A stretch of 64,000 bases of DNA from Rhodosorus marinus CCMP1338 (taxonomy: Eukaryota; Plantae; Rhodophyta), in NCBI GenBank assembly GCA_029953675.1, contig JAMWBK010000004.1, positions 1,488,001 to 1,552,000 on the forward strand, written 5' to 3'. Numbering within the stretch: position 1 is the first letter of the stretch; every line of letters starts with the position of its first letter. Below the pieces are notes generated by a model. That model made no database searches and was not told where the DNA came from. It saw only the letters and a program-made list of their open reading frames with translations. Made by a program: the position numbers and the translations under genes. Positions 22,820-35,570 of the stretch are shown piece by piece.

Positions 22820-25098
22820 CCAGTATAGCTATTCCCAGAGGTGACTCGGAGCACACCACACCACAAAAGAGTAAGACCCCTGCCTCCCCGCGAAAAGATG
22901 AAACCCGTCGGCAAACGTTCCTGACACGGCTACGAAAAATATTGACGACCCCAGGGGAAGGCATTCAGCGCAACCATACGCTGCCAGACGACGTCTGCTG
23001 TTGTCTTTGCCCACGGGCGACTAAAACAACAGCGCTGGACTACCACGCCACCCGCTTCCTGAGCAGTTTAGACTCCGGAATGCGAAACTATAGCGAACTT
23101 CCACGAGCTGCAGGATCAACCGTCCGCTAGGCTGCGGACGCTGAGGTACGCCTCAACTATCGCGCAACTCGTACCCGGTGAATGTCCGAACGGCAGAAGG
23201 GCTATATGTGAGGATGGGTCGTTCTGACTCAAGCATTCTCATTGTTGGAGTGTTCTTCTTCTACGACGATGCTTCTGCTAAAGCGTCGAGTCTCTGTGTG
23301 AGGAGAGAACAGGATGTGATCAAGTGTCTGGTGTCTTGATGGGTGCTTGGATAGGTGGACTAATGTTTACTTTCTTTTGATCGAGGAGAGTCTGTTGATA
23401 GCGGAGAGAAATCGATGTCGAAAAGAAAAAAAATTAAAGATGGCTTTCTAGGAGCCAAACTGAGGCAAGAGGACGTCCTGGCGAGAGATGCGATGAAATC
23501 GGCGTTGCTCGTCTGCGAGAGGATGGTTTGCAAAGTGCCCTCTTGTGAATAGAGTGGGATCTTTTGGACGGACTATTGCGTTGAGGCTTGTGTGAGAATT
23601 TCATGGGCTCTGTTGCTGTAGCCGCGGTGATATCCGATAGCCGGCCCTCGGGAAGATTATGACCCGGAGACATGATAGATCGATTATTTATGAAGCCTCT
23701 ATACAATGCGAGTCCTTTATAAAGCCCTCGAAAGTGGTGGATGAGCTAAAATGATTCATGTTTATTTATGCCCTAGTTCGCTTGGATTCATTTCCAGAGT
23801 CAATCGACTGCTGACCAGAGCCATTGATCATCGTGATGCTGCCTTCCAAGAATTAACAGTTTTTGGAAACTTCGTGCAGTTGGCCAAAGGCCAGAGGTTT
23901 CTCAGCACCGTGTTCTACTGAGCTGTTGAAATCTTCTTCGCGGCGAGGCTCGACATTGCGTCAATACCAAGCAGTCGTACATCATGTCAATCGTGCAGGG
24001 GTTTACATAGTACAAGACTTGCACATCCAATTCAAGTGGTGTCTCCATGATCCCTACAAAATTACATTCACGTACGATTTCTCACTAGATAGGGCTGTCT
24101 GTGTTACTGTCCATCAACTGGATGCCAGTTCGCTGCCTGACTTCGTGAGGCCTAGCCTGCGTCTTGGACGCCCTCCCGTCGCTGCCACAGATATTGCGCC
24201 AGCTCGAGGATTGCAATGCCTGCTATCGGGTGAGCATTCTCGCAAACTTGTCCACCCTTTACATCGCAGAAGCTAGCAGGCAGATCTGGTCAGCACTGCT
24301 GTTATGAGGCAGGGCTCTCTGCTCCGTCCTGTTGAGCTCCACATGAGCTTTTGCCATCGTGGTCAGCCCACCTGATATGAGTACTTCACGAGTCAACTGC
24401 CATGACGAGCTGTAACAAAAAACCAAAAAAATCGATTATTACTTACATATATTCTTTTATTGTTTAAAACAATTCAAACCATATGTTCTCATAAAGATAA
24501 AAATTTATTCCAGTTAATCATTTTTATTCCCTCTAAACAATTAAATCATAAAGAAAAACAATTCTTTTATATGAAGATATGACTTGCAAACAGAACAAAA
24601 ACACTATATCTTCTAAAACATCAAATAAATAAATAAGAAACTAATTTTAGCAATATTCATATCTCCCAACCGCATGGCTTCCATCGTGGTAACAGATCGT
24701 TTAACAGGATATAATATTCAAAATTTCTTTTTTTCGAGAATACTTATCAGTATTTTACGTCTATGTAGTCATTATTTCGATCCCCGAAAATCCCTCCCCG
24801 CCGTTGACCGATCCGTCAAAAAACTACTAAATCACGAAAATAAAATTAGAAGTCGCTAATTTATTTATGATTTACTTTGTCGCGTATTTTTTTTTTATTC
24901 GATGATCGATTTGCCTGTGTTTTTTTTTTGTGTTTTGACCACTGGCAACGTCAGTTGCTGATGTAGGACGTGTGACATGACGGTGAGTGAGTATTTAGGG
25001 TGCTGGTGGGGGGGTTTTGGGGTTTGGCCCCCTTTTTTTTCCATATTTTTCATTTTTGCAATGTGGTTGGATATGGGGGGATGAAGAGAAGACGAAGA

Positions 25099-25125
25099 GG
25101 AGGAGGAGGAGGAGGAGGAGGAGGA
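25099..25125 (+). repeat. (GGA)9 microsatellite upstream of the SND3-like gene
   Basis: Nine consecutive GGA units, read directly. Confidence 0.9.
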
Positions 25126-25434
25126 TGGGGAGGGACAGGGAAAGAGTGTTTTGACACAAGTGATTTTTGTTTGTTGTTTTTGTTGTTGTGTATTTTTTTT
25201 GGTTTCGTTGACTGTTTCATTATTTTGGGGGAATCGTTCTTGAGAATCGTTGTAGGGGGAGGTGGTGGTTGTAGTGGGTGTGTTGTTCTGTTCCTGTTTT
25301 TGTGGTTGTACAGAGGTGTAGTGGGAGTTGTGAGGTTTGTGAAATCACCGGGCGGGGGGGGCCGGTGGGGGGCGAGGGAGGGGGGACCAGTCTTGATTAT
25401 TGTCATAATTTTTGTGGTTTTTGGATTTTAGAAC

Positions 25435-26209
25435 ATGGCAGGACTTGGTTCACCTCAAGTGAGAAATCTTGTGATTTTCTTGTCGCTTCTGTATGGGATG
25501 AGGCAAGTCGATCAGAACGATCCGATGACCGTCAACTACTGTCGGATCGTCTTTGGGCTTTATCTGGTCCTTGGAATAGCTTTTCAAGGATATGTGACGA
25601 AGATCGTTAACGAGAAAAAGGATACGAGAGAGATTGAGGTGCCTCCACAGCCGGCGCTTGGTGCCACCCCAGGGCCTCCGGAGAAGAAGACAGTCATGGA
25701 GTACGACCTTGGACAGCTCTCCACCCAGAGGACCCAGATGTTGATGAACAGCTTGATGGTTGCGTTCTTTCACTTCAAGATGGGACAAGTTTCCCCTCTA
25801 GTTATGACCTCAGTTATGGGAATTATGCGATTCCTGGATGATCCAATGGTAAGGAAGCATTGCACCATTGTAGTCTGGGACGATTCCCGTTGTTTCCGCG
25901 GTCACACAGTTCTGAGTTTCAGCCGTACTCTTTCTTTTCCATCAGTTTAAGATTCACGTTCTAGGGAATGAGGCGGTCGGTGCTCTGGAGAGACCCTTCA
26001 AAGCCGAGTCAAACCCACTCATGGGATGGCTGATGGGTCAAGTGAACCCAGAGGCCGGTGCAAACGGTGAGGGAGCGATCGAAGGTGAAGACGATGCCGC
26101 GGACGACGACGACGATGCCGATGAGGGCAGCGGTGATGAAGCTGAGCAGGAGGAAGACGGAGAAGACGACGCAGCTGAAGAGAGTGAAGAATCTAAAAAG
26201 ACAAAATAG
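25435..26209 (+). CDS. SND3: SND3/PHO88-family ER targeting (inorganic phosphate transport) protein
   Basis: Motifs KKTVMEYDLGQL, MVAFFHFKMGQVSPLVM and DDPM|FKIHVLG..LERPFKAESNP, plus an acidic tail. Intron at 25849-25945. Confidence 0.85.
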
Positions 26210-26974
26210 GGTTGATCGAACCTGTTTTGTATATTTCGCCTACTTGCAAGAACGATCTCGGGGGGGGTCGAAGGCGAGAACTGGAGCCACTGAATGAAGC
26301 AGGCCAGTGAGGAGGATTGTTTCCGAGAGGCGTGGCCTTGTTGTCGAGTCCTTTGTCTTTCGAGTTGTTTTGTACTATCAGATACTGTCAGTGGGGGTGG
26401 TGCGGGAAATGAACAAGTAAAATAGTTCTGTCCTTTCCAGACCAATGCGATCGCTGTGCCAGGGGTGTAGCTCCTGAACGAGCGTGTACCCGGGCGCCGT
26501 ATGTCAATCTTTTCAGACTTGTGCTGTCCTGACAAAGATTGTGTGAAACAAACATGTACTAGTGCCAGGGGGCTTACACAAATATCCGAAATGGTTCACT
26601 CTCCTACGCTTGAACTCTGAGCGATGCCCAGACGCATACAGACTGTTGAGGAGGAAAGGATCGTAAAGAACGGTTTTGAAAAATAGGCAACCCGATATCC
26701 AGGTTTATTCCAACGCAGAACGCAGAGTAGCTCGATCTTTTGCTGCTTGAGCCTAGAGAAAGATTCGATTCTACTGATTCTACTGAGAAGCACGTGCAAC
26801 TGGAAAATTTTCGACATGATCTTAGCGCGATAGTTGATGGTGTGTTTCTCGGCAATCAGACACACTCCTACAAGATACAAACGTAATCCCCAACAACCGT
26901 ACACGTCCAATCAAAAACTATCAGACCCCGCCGAGCCAAGTCGCTTATCCAATGTAACATTTCTCCTCCATATT

Positions 26975-27775
26975 TTACATGTCTTTAGTCTTCTCCCTTA
27001 ACCTACTGTTCTGCTTCCACTCTCTGTATGACTGATCCGTACCGTACAGTTTGTCCAGCCATACGAATGTGGATGCATAGTTTCCTGAGTATGTCCGGTG
27101 ATGATGATCATGGAAGTCGGCTCCGCCATACAATGGGAGCCACCGATTGATACTCCACGGAAAATCGTACCCACTGTGGCATTCAATGGTCTGGAAGCAA
27201 CGCATTAGAAGGTAAACCCACAGCGTCAATAGATGGGGCCTAACAACCATCGGCCCGAAGATAGTCGCAACGCCCAGGAACACTACCTCTAACGGATGCG
27301 CGTACTCCGCCGCAATTCCGAAAGGGGCAGCGTATCGATGATGGACATGATGTATATGCTTGTACAGAAAATTCGTATGCAGGGCCCGATGGCCCCAGTA
27401 AAATAAGAAATCCTCAGCAACAAAACAGAAGAAAATCTGCCAAGTGATTTCCGACATCGGTGGTAATGGCAACGTCGCTCTCAGCTGGAAGATTGGGGTC
27501 AGATGCGTTAAGAGGATCATCGGCAAGACCAACGCAAAGTGATTAATTAGTACCATTTTCGCGCACTCCCACTGCGAAATTGGTTCGTTCTCCTTGTCAT
27601 CCTGAATCTTCCACCTCCTCGCCGCAGGTACCGTATCCAAAACATAGAACGGAAGGTACGAAAACCAATAAAACAACTCGTGTAACACAAACGTCCCAAT
27701 CGTCGTCAACTGCTTCTCAGGAACATTGTCCGCGAGGAGACCCCAGAACCATTCGACGCCAGCCAATCCCGCCAT
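26975..27775 (-). CDS. SMO: C-4 methylsterol monooxygenase (sterol desaturase family), intronless
   Basis: His boxes HRALH, HHVHH and HDHHH; AAEYAHPLE; HSGYDFPWS; GNYASTFVWLDKLYGTD. First ATG at 27775. Confidence 0.9.
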   Translation of the reverse strand: MAGLAGVEWFWGLLADNVPEKQLTTIGTFVLHELFYWFSYLPFYVLDTVPAARRWKIQDDKENEPISQWECAKMVLINHFALVLPMILLTHLTPIFQLRATLPLPPMSEITWQIFFCFVAEDFLFYWGHRALHTNFLYKHIHHVHHRYAAPFGIAAEYAHPLEVVFLGVATIFGPMVVRPHLLTLWVYLLMRCFQTIECHSGYDFPWSINRWLPLYGGADFHDHHHRTYSGNYASTFVWLDKLYGTDQSYREWKQNSRLREKTKDM

Positions 27776-30700
27776 GCCCCCAAAAAACCTAAACACTCAC
27801 CCCGTCCCCACCAAAACCGCACCCCAAAAACTCCTCCAGCCCAGCAATGCAGCCCGCAACCTGTTTCTCTCCCCTCCTCTTCCCTTCCCTCCCACTCCCC
27901 TACGCCCCCTTCCCCCTCCCCACTCCCCTACGCGCCCCTCCCCGCAAAAAAGCACCCTTCTTCAAATCCAACCTAATCCCACCATTCTCCACAGCAAAAC
28001 CATCCAGTCTGTACTAATAACCCATCCTCACACCTCTTCAAGACAAAAGTCCACGAAACCCCCACCAACCTCCTTTCACTGCTAATTGCCCTCAGACTTT
28101 TCTCCTCTTTAGCCTTTCACACACCACCCACATTCACACAACTCCCATCCAACCAACATCATCAATCCTCCCTCCGTTCACCACCCCCCCGTCTACCTCT
28201 CATCTTCCTCTTCCCCAACAGTTCATCATCTCTCACCCCGCCCGACATCAAACGCGCTTTCCAAAAATACTTACCCCCTCCAAACATATATAAAATCCGC
28301 GATTTTCAATCTACTCCAATGCAAACCAACCATTTCGATGGTATGTATTCCTTTTATCAATATAAATTAATGCATTGTATTGTTTGTTGTTTTGGGGGTA
28401 AGGTTAAATTGCAAAGGGAACCTTTTTTAAGGGGGTAGGGGGGAGGGTTGGGGAAGATGATAACCAAACGGACGGGGAGAGGGAGAAATTGGGGCGGGAA
28501 AAGCTGAAATCAGAATTTCAACGGCATCTGGTATATATATAGAAATCTTGATACTTTATCCCGGCCCCCCCCCCGGCATTGGATCTATAGGATCGGATGC
28601 TACCTTGTGTGTGGAGAGTGAGAGTCCTGAGCCTTGTTAATTTGTTGTTTTTGGGGGATGAAAAAAATTGGCTTCGATCGCCGATATTTTGGAGGCATCC
28701 TGTGAGGGGTTAGAAAAGGTGGAGGTTAGAAGGAAATTCTTCTATTTTTTTCTCGATTAGATAGGCTTTGGTGAAAACTGGAAGAAAATCTGTCCTACGG
28801 TGAACTTTTTCCCCCACCCCCACCCACCCCCTTTCAGATCGGAAGGATCTCTTTCTATATTTTTGGGACAGTTACGAATTTATTTGAAGTTTTCGACTAG
28901 CTGAATTCGATCAGTGGAAGGGAAAGGGGGGAAAGGTGTTCGGTTTTCGACCCAGAGGGGGGGGGGTTGTGAGAGTGAGCAAATGGTGATTTCATCCGCT
29001 AAACAATCTATTGACAACCCTTTTTTTTGAATTTGATATCGTTGATTCGTTTACTCCACCCCTCAACAAAAGTTCATACTTTCAAAATAAAAGATTAACT
29101 TTTAATTTTTCAGTGGATTGTCAGTATGCTTTCACCCCTCCGCTGGTTACATTTCAAATTACCCTAAATTACCTCAAATCACCCCCTTGTGGAAACTTGT
29201 CGAAATACTGCAAGGAATAGTAAATCTCACCCCACCAAAGTTCTATTCCAGCTCCTCAATTATAGTCAATAATATTTCTTTTATTTGATAACAGTGCTTA
29301 AAATTCGACTCAGCCTACCCATCCATTGAGTCTATTTTGTTTCTAAGTGGGGGCCTTGGCCTAGGGGGTCTTATTCAATGTACTCTGCAATATAATTTTT
29401 TCCTAGTTTGCATGTTTCAGTTACTTCGCCAATGCGACTTTGGGCATTGGCGCGCATCGTGCCTTCGTGCGGATAGGCAGGAGTTCCTGATTTATATGAT
29501 GGAATGGAAGGGGTTGGGTCCGGAAGGGGTGTAGGGAAGGAGTTGGGTACACAAATGCTGGAAGCCCTTGCAGACTGCTCTACAATTCATGGCCTCCGGC
29601 AACCGAGCAGATTACCGGCCACTTCGAGTGATGTACCGGGCAAGGATTGCGTGTGCATCTTTTGCCGATTGAGAAGATCGGGCTACTGATGTTGAAGATC
29701 CTTTTAAGCTGCTGTAGAGCCCATGTCCTCCCGCCAGCCGGCAGGTGACAGGCCGCTTATCCAGTGTTATATGAAATGTGCGCGCTTCGTACGGAGCACG
29801 GATTGTGCTTCTTTTGCCGATTGTGAGTAGTTATTTGGCAAATGTCTTGGCGTCCATGAGGTTGTCTCTGCTTAAGAGCTTGGGGCTTTAGTTTTCGACC
29901 TGGTTAAAAAACTCATTGTCAAAACCTGGGATTGAGGAGGATATGGTCGTGGTTTCACGAGCACGCTGTATTGTGTGCGCTTATCCCGCCGCACGGGGAA
30001 GCTTGCGGTCTGACGAAGATGACGGGTAGGTTCGAGTATCTTGGATCAGTAGACGCTGCATGTTCCTGGCCGTCATCGTCTAGTCTCAAGTACATTGTAC
30101 CCTCGCCCTGGACTGTACTCGTCGGAAATGTAGATTAATAGCTTTGGTGGATAATACTACCGTGGCAACATTTTTTAACATTTTTAGAGCATTGGAACAG
30201 CTTGATGCATTCAACAACACCTTTAAATGACTACGATGAGTAGTGCTTAGAGCTCCATGTGCAATGAACAACGTTGATATACGGAATTCACAAGTCCTTC
30301 AGAGCGGAAGTCTTGCTGAGACCGATTAGGAACAGAGAATTCATCTCCAGGTCACCAGCAGCGCAGCAGCTGCTGCACAGGTTCTGATTCAAGTAGTACA
30401 CTGCCATGATGGGCGTTTGCAGCTGCGCTGGTGAGCTCTGCTGCGTCTGGGCAGCCGAAAGTTTGCCCAATTCTCCGTGCCGTGGACTCATGTGGCTAGC
30501 AGACCTCGCGAAGTAATCCTCAAGGGTGAGTTGACGCCGTTTATGTCACAACTGCATTACTATTACAAGGTAGATGATGTCATTCTATCAACACGTCCCA
30601 AGTATGCACTCCGAATGGCTCGTTTAGAGTGTACTTCGAAGCATGTGGATGTTGACAACGACGCCCAGCTCGCTTGTACCTAAAACTTCTAGCTTATTTA

Positions 30701-31058
30701 AAATTCAATTAATTATAACCAATGAATGAGCCCGTTGGAAACCATTGCAGCCAATCAATGCTCTAAATTGCTTAGCAAATTTCACGGGTTCGCGATTTTT
30801 ACTGAACAATGTAAGCCGCGTATGGAAATGCAAAAAAGCGTCCATCCCTCTGATTTCGCTGCTCAGGTTGTGGGGAATTCCGGCCCATGATGCTGAGAGA
30901 CGGTGTCTATAGATTTGGAACCATAGTACATAGAAGAGAAAAGTTTGTTTTGGACAATCGTATCATTTAGAAAATTCGGTGTGAATGAGTAGTTGGTTTT
31001 AGAAAGCTCGATGTTCCATAAAAAAAGAAAAACATACACGAGGAATTGGACCTCTCGC

Positions 31059-34000
31059 CTAGGTCTGTCTAGCCAATTTCTCCACTCTAGCTTCCAGACT
31101 GTCAAGATTCTTGACCATATCGAAAGCGGTGGGATCTGAAAAGCTTCTCAGCACGCCGCGACAGATCGAAGCTATTCGGCTTACGTCGCTAACAACAGAG
31201 CTGAGCTCCCGCCGAGAGGAATCAGATTTCACAGACGAAGTCGTCCACTCGCTTATGAAGTCAGTGACTATGGTAACGAGATACAGGGTAGAACCACTCT
31301 CCCAGCCCGTCTCTTGATATACGTTCCCCTTCTCCAGAATCGATCCATATGCAGCCAAGATGTCGCGTCTCGGTACACCTATTTCTACCATTGTCCATGG
31401 AACCCACCCTTCAGACTCGCGCCAGGCCGGTAGCGACCTACGTTCCATGCTATGCCTCTCAAGCACTTCAATGATAAACGGAACGGGAAACACCGCTGCT
31501 GAGGGATGGAAGTCCCGTCCAAGGGACGCCATCGTCGCCTTCAAGCTGCTCGGGGACGAGGATCTCGAGTTTGACGAGAGGGCATCGTCGATTATGTCTA
31601 TCCAAAGTCGCTTGACCTGTTGATTTGGGGAAATTCAGTTCGTAGGAAAAGTCAGGTTTATTGAACGGAGAGTACCATAAGAAAAACGTTGCTCTCAAAG
31701 CACTCACCAATTCGTCATCTCGGTACGACGCACAGCGAAGTGCATCCAGTTCCGATTCCCAAAGCTCCCAAGGTCGAGCATAAGCATTGTAAAGCATACT
31801 CAGATCTAGCAGTTTCTTGCTTAGTTCATCGCAGGCTTGAGCTGCATCGGGAGCGTCTCCATGTTTACGACGCAACTCTTCGAGAATTCTGAGCTGAACT
31901 TGAGCCACATCCAATTTGTCGTTAACCTCCCGCAGCAAGGACGTGGCCCTTGAATCGCCGCCACTGGCACTGGCGACTTTCGCGTTATGCACAGCGGAAG
32001 CCAAAAAGCTAACGCGCTCGTTTAGATCTCCAGAATCTTCAGAATCCGCTAGCGAAGTCAACACAACAGCAGCGTCCACGTTTCGTCCATGCTTTGCAAA
32101 ATATCTGTAATTCATGGGGAACAAATGTTAGTCTGTGCGAATTTGAGTCGGAAACCCTGTCTTTCGCTATCGTACCTCCAGAGCAGTTGGACGTCTCGGT
32201 CTTGAAGGTATTTCTCCACTCGGGCTGAGGGCCACTTAAATAATTCCTCCGCTCCCAAGGGGCCTAGTCCCACGAGGAAGCTGAAGAGTCTATCCACGAG
32301 AGCGTCGCTTCCCTGCTCCATCAAAATTTTCAACATTGCATCCCTCACCCTATCTCTAGACTTGTCTTCTGCGAGTATCAGGATCTCCAGCGCATCAAAC
32401 GCACACTTGCACGCATTATCAACCAGTTCTACATCCCCAGTTGTCTCACCCGCTGCAGCCGCAGCAACAGTCAACTCAGCCATCGGGGCCAGCGCACCCG
32501 CAGTCCGCAAATCATTGCAGACCCCTTGAAGGTCCACGATCCTACCCGCATACGGTTTCAACTCCCGGACTGCCTCAGAAGCCAACGCCGCCGCTTCAGG
32601 CCCGGTGGCCCTTGCAGCCTTCCGAGTCAGTGTAAGCCCTCGATGCAGGGACACCTCCGCCTCACCAAAGAACGACGGCGCGCGCTCACGAAGTGCCTCA
32701 CTGACCATCTCAGTAACTCGTGGTTGGTCCGAATAGGCCGCGAACAGCGCTTCCAGGAGTGCATTACACACATGGGAGCCAGTTTCAGAGAATATCAGCT
32801 CGCAAAATCTCAACCTCACTAGCTCCTGTAGTACTGAAGGAGTCAGGCTTGCGGCCAGACTGCATTCCAAGATGGAATGCAAGGGATCCCCATCAGCATC
32901 TGTGCAGCGCAACAAGCTCAGTATCGAGTTTTCAACAAGTTTACTTACCGATGAAACTGGTGTTCGGACAATAAATTCATCATCGCCAGGGCCTCTGCAG
33001 TTTTCTCCGCGAGCATTTTCAGGTTGGATATAGAAATCTGTTCCAACCTCAGAGCCTCATCGGTTTGACGTCTAGGCAATAGTCCTTTGTACAGGCGCTC
33101 CTGCAAAGACGAATTCGCGGGCCGATTCGGCGTCCTTTGCTGGGACTTGCTTCGCTTTGAAGTCAGCATTGTCGAACTTGACTCCAGAAAGTTGATCGCT
33201 GTGGACACATAGATAGGGAACAGAAGGTGGCGTTGGCAGTCCCGAGTTTAGTGGGGTTCCCTGCAAGAACGGATCTTCAGCAGCTACTCACTTGCGACAA
33301 GATGCTCTCGAACACTGAGCAGAGTTTCCGTCCGCAGGTTCAACGCCTGGTATTCCTCCGGTTTTCTTGAACTCGTAATATGTGTCCACCACACTGGGGA
33401 TACAATTCTTGCTATATGCAAACAGATTCCGTCATGAGCGCTGGAAAACTTGAGCGGTGGTGGGCTGGTGGAAGGTCGGCCAATATCAAATTGGGCGGTT
33501 CTAGGCCGCTGTCTGGGTTGCTCGGGTTCGAACTCCTCGAAGCTTGGTTCTCCGCCCTTCGCGAAAAATATGTTCGTTGCAGCGGCAATAATCTTCACAA
33601 ACACGTAGAAGAGTACGAAAGTCAGATGCCTGGCCACTGGAAAGGAAGCACTGAATCGGGAACTCACATCTGCGTTCACGGCTGATTCAGAGGCGCGGTC
33701 CGCAGCTAGCGATATACACATTGCGCACGCTTCTTTGTTACCGTAGTGCTGAAACAGTGCATCCAGTTCTGCATCCGAACCTCGGGATGAAAGTAGCTCC
33801 TCAAGGTGATCTCGAGGCTCTACTCTTGTGTACAAGTGAATTGAAGAGTTAGTGAGGACAATAACCTCTCGCGGAGGATTTGACTCATTAGTTTTTAACC
33901 CGTTCTGTCCTATCGCCGAGGAACCGAAGAGCGAAACGGAGGAATTTTTTCGGAGTTTAGACCATTCGTTGGCAAAGCAGTTGAAAGTTCCTTCCAAAAC

Positions 34001-35570
34001 TCACGTGGTCTCGAGGCCTCAGCAATAGCCCACGCTTTCGCGAAACCGCCATGGGTTTCAAGTGCGGTCTCCGCCACGAGCTCCACTGGCACGAAGGGAG
34101 TTTTGAACCTGTAGTCAGTTCTACGAGAAGAAGGATGCTTCTCTGGGAAAATTGCGATCAATGTGTCGTTGTCTCCGTTTCGAGCATCCGCTAGAAACAG
34201 GGCACCCCGTATCCATGCTGAAGTGTGAACGCTTGGTCGAAAGGCCTCGGATTGGAGTGGTGGAGTACTGCGAAATCCGTTTGCTCGTATGCTCTATGGG
34301 GTGGCGAAAATGCGTGAAAACAGGAAAAATTAGGACCAAGTCAGAAAGAGAAATCGTTAGTAGTCGTTTGGACGCTAGCTTTTTCTTATAGGCGCTTTCC
34401 ATACCCGTAGGGAAGCCCGTGACGTTTTCATATGGTAGTATACTCTTTCCCCTAATGTTGTTACAACGACCAAATTTACAGTTGAAGACGACTGCGCTGG
34501 TACTGCTGACAGGTTCAGAAACGCTCTATCGCGAACATTCGACGATGGAGAATATCTTTTCGCATCGGCGGCTGCGTCAGCAGACGCAATCTGAAAACGT
34601 TTACGGAGAGGGGCTCAATGATAAGCTCGAGGGTCCCGGAGTTCGAGCCAGCGCAATTCGTGCTTCAAAAAGTTACCTTGTAAGCCCTATTCGGCTTGGA
34701 AATATCGTACACAGTCACATTCCCGTACTCGGACAACGCGAACAAAAGATCTCGATTGTCATCAACCGCCAGGTCGATAAGAGGATCATCTCCGCTGAAG
34801 AAGAGTCTCACGGAGCTCGGGATCAGCGACGAAAACGCCGATTTGGAGTGGTTTAGCTTTCTCGCTTTTCGAGACCCTAGCGACCAGAAGCTATTGGTCT
34901 CACCCTGGTAGGTAAGTTCATGCAGGCATCCATCCCTACCAGCCATGAACAACCGTCTACCCCGAGATCCTACGAGCTTCAGCATAGCAACGTTGTCTGT
35001 ATTTACAGATATCTGAGCTAGTGTTTTGGGGAAGCGTCGGTGAAGGCACACAAGAAGCAGAGATCAGTCAGAAAAAAAGCACTGCGGGCAAGGAAGGCGG
35101 GGAGTTTTTGACATACTTGGTACTAAGGTGATCTCGCTTGTGACTGAAGGACCAGAAAAGCAAACGCCTAGGAGCATGACTTCTACAGTTGTTGATACCG
35201 CGAGAAGGTATTTAACGTCTTCAACGAAGACTCCGGGCCGCGGCTCGACGATCGCGGCGGAGGTGATGATCTGGTCGATTCCTTCGAAAGGGTAAAAGTC
35301 GGAGCCAGTTGCATAGTTCCACAGAAACAGTCGATTATCCACAGTAAACCACGCCCGGTGGATCTCTGGGAAGATTCCCATGAAAGATTTACACTCGAGA
35401 TGCGAATACTGCTCGAACAACGCCTTGGGAAGAGGCAGCTTTCTCTTCAAAATCAGCTCGGTCTGCTTCGACAACTCATATTCTGTCGATTTCTCCCATC
35501 CATGGGATGCATCTCTCTCTTGATCCAAAGATATTTCAACCAAGCCCGCTGCTTCCTTAATCCCGTCCAT
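31059..35570 (-). CDS. NUP155: Nucleoporin Nup155/Nup170, multi-exon
   Basis: Motifs MGIFPEIHRAWFTVDNRLFLWNY, FMAGRDGCLHELTYQ, KLNHSKS, LYGNKEACAMC, FSSAHDGICLHIARIV, LYNAYARPWELWE and FPVPFIIEVLE. Confidence 0.92.

Noticed and set aside
25000-25431. Long Gly/Val/Phe-rich and antisense Pro-rich ORFs (also 2803-3006, 15207-15587, 19302-19659, 27726-28085, 40194-40571)
   Set aside because: They are artefacts of the G/T or C/A compositional skew, which removes stop codons; no family motifs.
26731-26885. DLSAIVDGVFLGNQTHS as a dual-specificity phosphatase N-terminal motif
   Set aside because: The frame is bounded by stops and there is no HCxxGxxR motif; probably chance.
28551-28670. atactttatcccgg after a TATA box, plus aatttgttg, as a possible U1 snRNA
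   Set aside because: It lacks the invariant ACUUACC 5' splice-site pairing sequence, and no U1 stem-loops are evident.
30080-30120. VQGEGTMYLRL (and VEGIGHLEL at ~41265-41295) as Ty1/copia protease-like motifs
   Set aside because: They are too short, lack DSGA and integrase/RT context, and their order relative to the gag-like motif is wrong.
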